Source: Candidatus Marinacidobacterales bacterium (GTDB lineage Bacteria; Acidobacteriota; Vicinamibacteria; Marinacidobacterales; DATDRI01). From it: DNA of 64,000 nucleotides. A program made the position numbers and the translations under genes. The notes beneath the pieces are model-generated. The model did not search any database and was not told the origin of the DNA. It saw only the letters and a list, made by a program, of their open reading frames with translations. The DNA lies in NCBI GenBank assembly GCA_965226495.1, contig OZ245365.1, positions 2,400,001-2,464,000 on the forward strand, written 5' to 3'. Position 1 is the stretch's first letter, and every line of letters starts with the position of its first letter. Positions 60,527 through 64,000 of this stretch are shown here, piece after piece.

Positions 60527-63500
60527 TACTTCTTCTCGGCGATGAAGACCGGGAACCTGGCCGGAGTATGGAGGCCCCTCATCCAACAATAGGTCCTTCG
60601 GAGCGTGCGCGTCACCCCTTCGAAGGGTATCTGCCATCGTGCTCGGAAGCCAGTGCGCTCCAATAGAGTCGAGAACTCCTCGAAGACGAGGAAGCCCGCG
60701 TGGGTCCGGTCGAGGTCGAGGGCGTAGCGTTTCTGGCACTCGCGCTCCTGTCTTCTCACCATGGCCAGACCGGCCGCTTCGTCTTCGTAGGTGGGGCTGT
60801 CCAGTATGAGAAAGAGACCCCCAGGGCGCAGCAGGCGGTAGGCTTCTTGAACGGGGCGGGATAATCTTTCCGCATAATGAATGGAGCCGTTGGCAACGAC
60901 GAGGTCGAACTGCGCGCCTTCGAGAGCAAGCGCCTCCATGTCCGCGCGAGCCCGCGTCACCCGAGCCCGCCACGGTAGGCCGTTGCTCCCGTAGCGATCG
61001 AGAGCCCCGAGCCCGTCCTCTTCGTCCAGTGAGATGTCCGTGGCGAGGACGAAGTGTCCTTTTTCCGCCATGCGGCGGGAGAGCCAACCGTTGCCGGCGC
61101 CGAGCTCCAGGATCCTCGAGGCCCTCTTGTCACACTCGTCGGCCTTCTTCACCTCGGGGAAGTGTGATTCGATGGTTTGCATCGCAAGGGAATAACTGCG
61201 CGCTCTGAGCCTCCAAATGGAGCGGTGGCGTCCACTGTGATCCTTGAAAGGTAAGTCCCGGTAGTACTCTTCGGCACCACCCCAGCCTTCGGCGCGGCGG
61301 AGCTTGCGGTAAGTTTGCAGAAAAGGAGTGAGCTCGCGTCTTCTCTTTTCGCGAAGGAGGGGTAGGATCCCGTTTTCTCCTTCGAAACGCCGGCCCTCGA
61401 CAGGACAGTGGAGATCGGCCCCCGCGGTGAAGGCGGAGGCTCCACACTCTGGGCAGAGAAGCTGCCACGTGACCTTGCCGTTTCCCTCGCGCGCGGGTTC
61501 CTCAACCTGCGACGCGGGTTCGCTATCCGGCCGCTCACGGGCGAGCATCGTCTCGATCTGTCCGGCGAGCTCCTCTCCGTGATCCTTGAAATGGAGCTTG
61601 ATGGCATTACTCGTGAGCCTCACCGAATTGGGGCTACCGGCTCGCGCACATTGTCGGTGCCAGTGGGTGCCAAGAACGAGGCGGCCCATTTTCTCCATCA
61701 ACCAGCCACCGCCCAGGGAAAGGAGTCCCTCGAGAAGGAAGGACCCCGCTTCGGGCTCTTCCTCTGGGATCGGCTCGAGCTCACGGAAGCTCTCCCAGAA
61801 GTTGGCAAAAACGTTGGCTCCCCAATCGTTGGCGCGCACGAAACGGTAGTAGGTCGTCCGTCCGGCCAGGGGACGTAGGCTCAGGATTTGATTCGCGGTG
61901 AAGGGATCTCGGTCCGGAAGCGCCAAGCCGTCTTCCCCGAGCACGTAGTTCAGGCAAATCGTGCGCCGGAGTCCGAGGGCCTTCATGCACAGGAAGAGAA
62001 AGAAGCTCACCGCCCAGGTTCTGCCTTTGGCCGTTATCAGAAACAGATCGATGTCTCCGTCGGAGGCGTTCCGGTGTGCCGTGGCTCCCGAAAGGGCGAC
62101 CATACGCACGAAGGGCGTCTTCCGAATGAGTGTGAGGATGCGCCGGTGCCTGGTCAGAAGTTCTTCGGTCAATTGCTCGTTCGTGCGCCGCTTCTGAACC
62201 GTATGTCCCTTGCCCTTCAAGAAATAGAAAGGCGGCGAGCTTTCCACATGCCTCCGAACGTCGGGATGGGACTCGAGAAGTCCTGCGAGCTCCTGCCGAG
62301 GGAGGGGGACGCCCATCAGAGCCCGACGGATCTCCGAAAACTTCATCGGGTAATCGAAACGCGTCCCATAGGAAATGGTGTCCACCACCGCCCGCGCCTT
62401 GCGAGCGGTCGAGTGATCTTCGTTTCCCTTCCCGACGCCGCGCACCGTGGAGCGCTCGAGGGCCTCCTCGTACACGGCGATGGTCTCCCGCGCCGTTCGC
62501 TCCCAGGAAAAGGAGCGGGCACGCGCCAGACCCGCGGCCACCCGCCGCTCCCGTTCGCCGGCGTCGGAGAGACCGTGCTCCATGGCCTCCTTCATCCCGT
62601 CGACGTCGACGGGGTCGACGAGGAGCGCCGCCCCGGCGGTGATTTCCGTGAGCGAGGACGTGTTCGATGTGAGGACGGGAACGCCGCTGGCCATCGCCTC
62701 GAGCACCGGGAGCCCGAAGCCCTCATAGAGTGAGGGGTAGACGAAGAGCTCCGCATGGGAGTAGAGCGCCGGAAGATCCTCTTCCTCCACGTAGCCAAGC
62801 CGGCGCACGCGGTCTCGGAGACCGAGCTTCTCGATGGCCTGAAGAAGTTGAGGTGCGTGCCAACCCAGATCGCCCGCCAGATAGAACCGATAGTCGGAAA
62901 AGCGGGGCGCGAGTCGAGAAAAGGCGGTGAGGGTGCGCACTAGATTCTTCCTCGGCTCGAGGGTTCCCACATAGAGGATGTAGGGCTTCTGCAACCGATA
63001 ACGCCGGGCGATCGTCTCAAAGCTGCTCGCGTCGGTGCGCGGCCGGAACTGAGTGTCGGCGGCGTGAGGAATGACGCGGATCTTGCTCTTCGGGAGCTTG
63101 TACAAACGAGCCAGATCGTCCCGCGCCGATTGCGAGGGAGTAATGATGAGACGCGCCTTTCTTGCAATCGTGGGCATGAGACTCGACGTCAGGGCCCGCT
63201 TGCGCCAAGGATGGAACTTGGCCATGAGCTGCAGCGTCATGTCGTGAAAGGTGACGACGAAGGGAGTCTCGCCGAGCGCGGGGGCCAGAAAGTTCGTGAA
63301 GTGGCAGAGGTCGGGCCGGGACGCCTTGAGGAGGAGTGGCAGAAGGCTCTGCATCCAGACGCTCCGCAAGGGAAACTGACTCCCTTGTGGTTGGTGCGTC
63401 CGCGGAATCGAGCTCATGGCCACCGGCCGGTTAGAGAGAAGGAGAACCTCGTCGATGGGGTTTGCTGGACCGTCGACTTCGGTGAGTCGCTCGAGAAGGC

Positions 63501-63567
63501 GCCACGTGTAGTACCCGACGCCAGTCTTGTTCCCTCGGAGTGTCGTGGCGTCGAACCCCAGTAGCAT
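60526..63567 (-). CDS. Fusion: GT4 glycosyltransferase + Pol-beta-type nucleotidyltransferase + Zn-ribbon/class I methyltransferase
   Basis: VGTLEPRKN, EGFGLPVLEAMA; ALSGATAH..DIDLFLI; LCPECG..HCP, LELGAGNGW. Confidence 0.85.
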   Translation of the reverse strand: MLLGFDATTLRGNKTGVGYYTWRLLERLTEVDGPANPIDEVLLLSNRPVAMSSIPRTHQPQGSQFPLRSVWMQSLLPLLLKASRPDLCHFTNFLAPALGETPFVVTFHDMTLQLMAKFHPWRKRALTSSLMPTIARKARLIITPSQSARDDLARLYKLPKSKIRVIPHAADTQFRPRTDASSFETIARRYRLQKPYILYVGTLEPRKNLVRTLTAFSRLAPRFSDYRFYLAGDLGWHAPQLLQAIEKLGLRDRVRRLGYVEEEDLPALYSHAELFVYPSLYEGFGLPVLEAMASGVPVLTSNTSSLTEITAGAALLVDPVDVDGMKEAMEHGLSDAGERERRVAAGLARARSFSWERTARETIAVYEEALERSTVRGVGKGNEDHSTARKARAVVDTISYGTRFDYPMKFSEIRRALMGVPLPRQELAGLLESHPDVRRHVESSPPFYFLKGKGHTVQKRRTNEQLTEELLTRHRRILTLIRKTPFVRMVALSGATAHRNASDGDIDLFLITAKGRTWAVSFFLFLCMKALGLRRTICLNYVLGEDGLALPDRDPFTANQILSLRPLAGRTTYYRFVRANDWGANVFANFWESFRELEPIPEEEPEAGSFLLEGLLSLGGGWLMEKMGRLVLGTHWHRQCARAGSPNSVRLTSNAIKLHFKDHGEELAGQIETMLARERPDSEPASQVEEPAREGNGKVTWQLLCPECGASAFTAGADLHCPVEGRRFEGENGILPLLREKRRRELTPFLQTYRKLRRAEGWGGAEEYYRDLPFKDHSGRHRSIWRLRARSYSLAMQTIESHFPEVKKADECDKRASRILELGAGNGWLSRRMAEKGHFVLATDISLDEEDGLGALDRYGSNGLPWRARVTRARADMEALALEGAQFDLVVANGSIHYAERLSRPVQEAYRLLRPGGLFLILDSPTYEDEAAGLAMVRRQERECQKRYALDLDRTHAGFLVFEEFSTLLERTGFRARWQIPFEGVTRTLRRTYCWMRGLHTPARFPVFIAEKK

Positions 63568-63582
63568 GTCGAAGGTCCTTCC

Positions 63583-64000
63583 TCAGAGTGGCCCTTGCTC
63601 CGCAGAACGTTCCGTGCTGTGGGGGTCGTCGGTAGGCGAGAGGGGCGAGCCGCGAAGCATTCCGCATCGGTAGGCCGCCACTATCAACGACCCATAGATG
63701 ATTATCCCCGCGGGAAGCTTTAGAGGCAAGGGGGCGTCTAAGTGGAGAATCGAGATCGCCATGATCAAACTCGCCGCCAAAGATGAAGCAACGACACCCG
63801 CCATGACGGATAAGGGAAAGAGTCGACGATGGGGGAGGAGAGTGACGAGGGCGAGGCTCCATTCGGCGCCGGCGACCGCACCGGCGGCGCCCACCGCGCC
63901 GTATCGTGGAATGAGAACGAGGTCGAGCAGAATACCGACCGTGAGACGGACGGTCATGCAACCCACCAGGTAGCGCATTCGCCCGGAGACGATAAGCAGA
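63583..64000 (-). CDS. Flippase/polysaccharide biosynthesis protein, C-terminal part (truncated by window edge)
   Basis: LIPRYGAVGAA..AE motif and TM helices. Confidence 0.7.
   Translation of the reverse strand, partial: LLIVSGRMRYLVGCMTVRLTVGILLDLVLIPRYGAVGAAGAVAGAEWSLALVTLLPHRRLFPLSVMAGVVASSLAASLIMAISILHLDAPLPLKLPAGIIIYGSLIVAAYRCGMLRGSPLSPTDDPHSTERSAEQGPL

Noticed and set aside
58817-61087. 756-aa N-terminally extended ligase ORF; likewise the extended starts of hprK (5173), otsA (42691) and khpA (27806)
   Set aside because: Extensions overlap upstream genes or non-coding repeats and lack family-like sequence; downstream starts with coupling or an RBS fit better

Overview
GC-rich bacterial chromosomal window; gene content and order suggest Acidobacteriota, probably Vicinamibacteria-like (inference). 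1-26 kb is mostly core: accA 3' end, a lptC/A-lptB-rpoN-hpf-hprK-rapZ-EIIA(Man)-HPr-EI operon, a cupin, an interrupted DUF222/HNH gene, a Ser/Thr kinase-propeller protein, the tolQRAB-pal-cpoB-ssb operon (minus strand), recN, miaB, DUF151 and parAB. 26-38 kb holds small accessory genes. Two of them are probable selenoproteins that the ORF track splits at an in-frame UGA: an exported UxxC peroxiredoxin-like protein next to a DsbD-N protein, and an OsmC-like protein next to a flavin reductase. This region also has a tRNA-Asn(GTT) with a tRNA-Gln-like body, followed by repeats of its own 3' end, and a pseudo-histidine kinase. 38-50.4 kb is a mosaic of IS remnants (rve/IS481-like, IS91-like), gene fragments, a trehalose cassette (otsB-GH15-otsA plus a second GH15) and an AT-richer sulfatase. 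50.4-64 kb is a minus-strand glycan/glycolipid operon with three radical SAM enzymes (two B12-dependent), a stand-alone methyltransferase, GT4/GT9, flippases, an O-antigen-ligase-like protein and a GT4-nucleotidyltransferase-methyltransferase fusion. All family assignments come from motif recognition; no searches were run.
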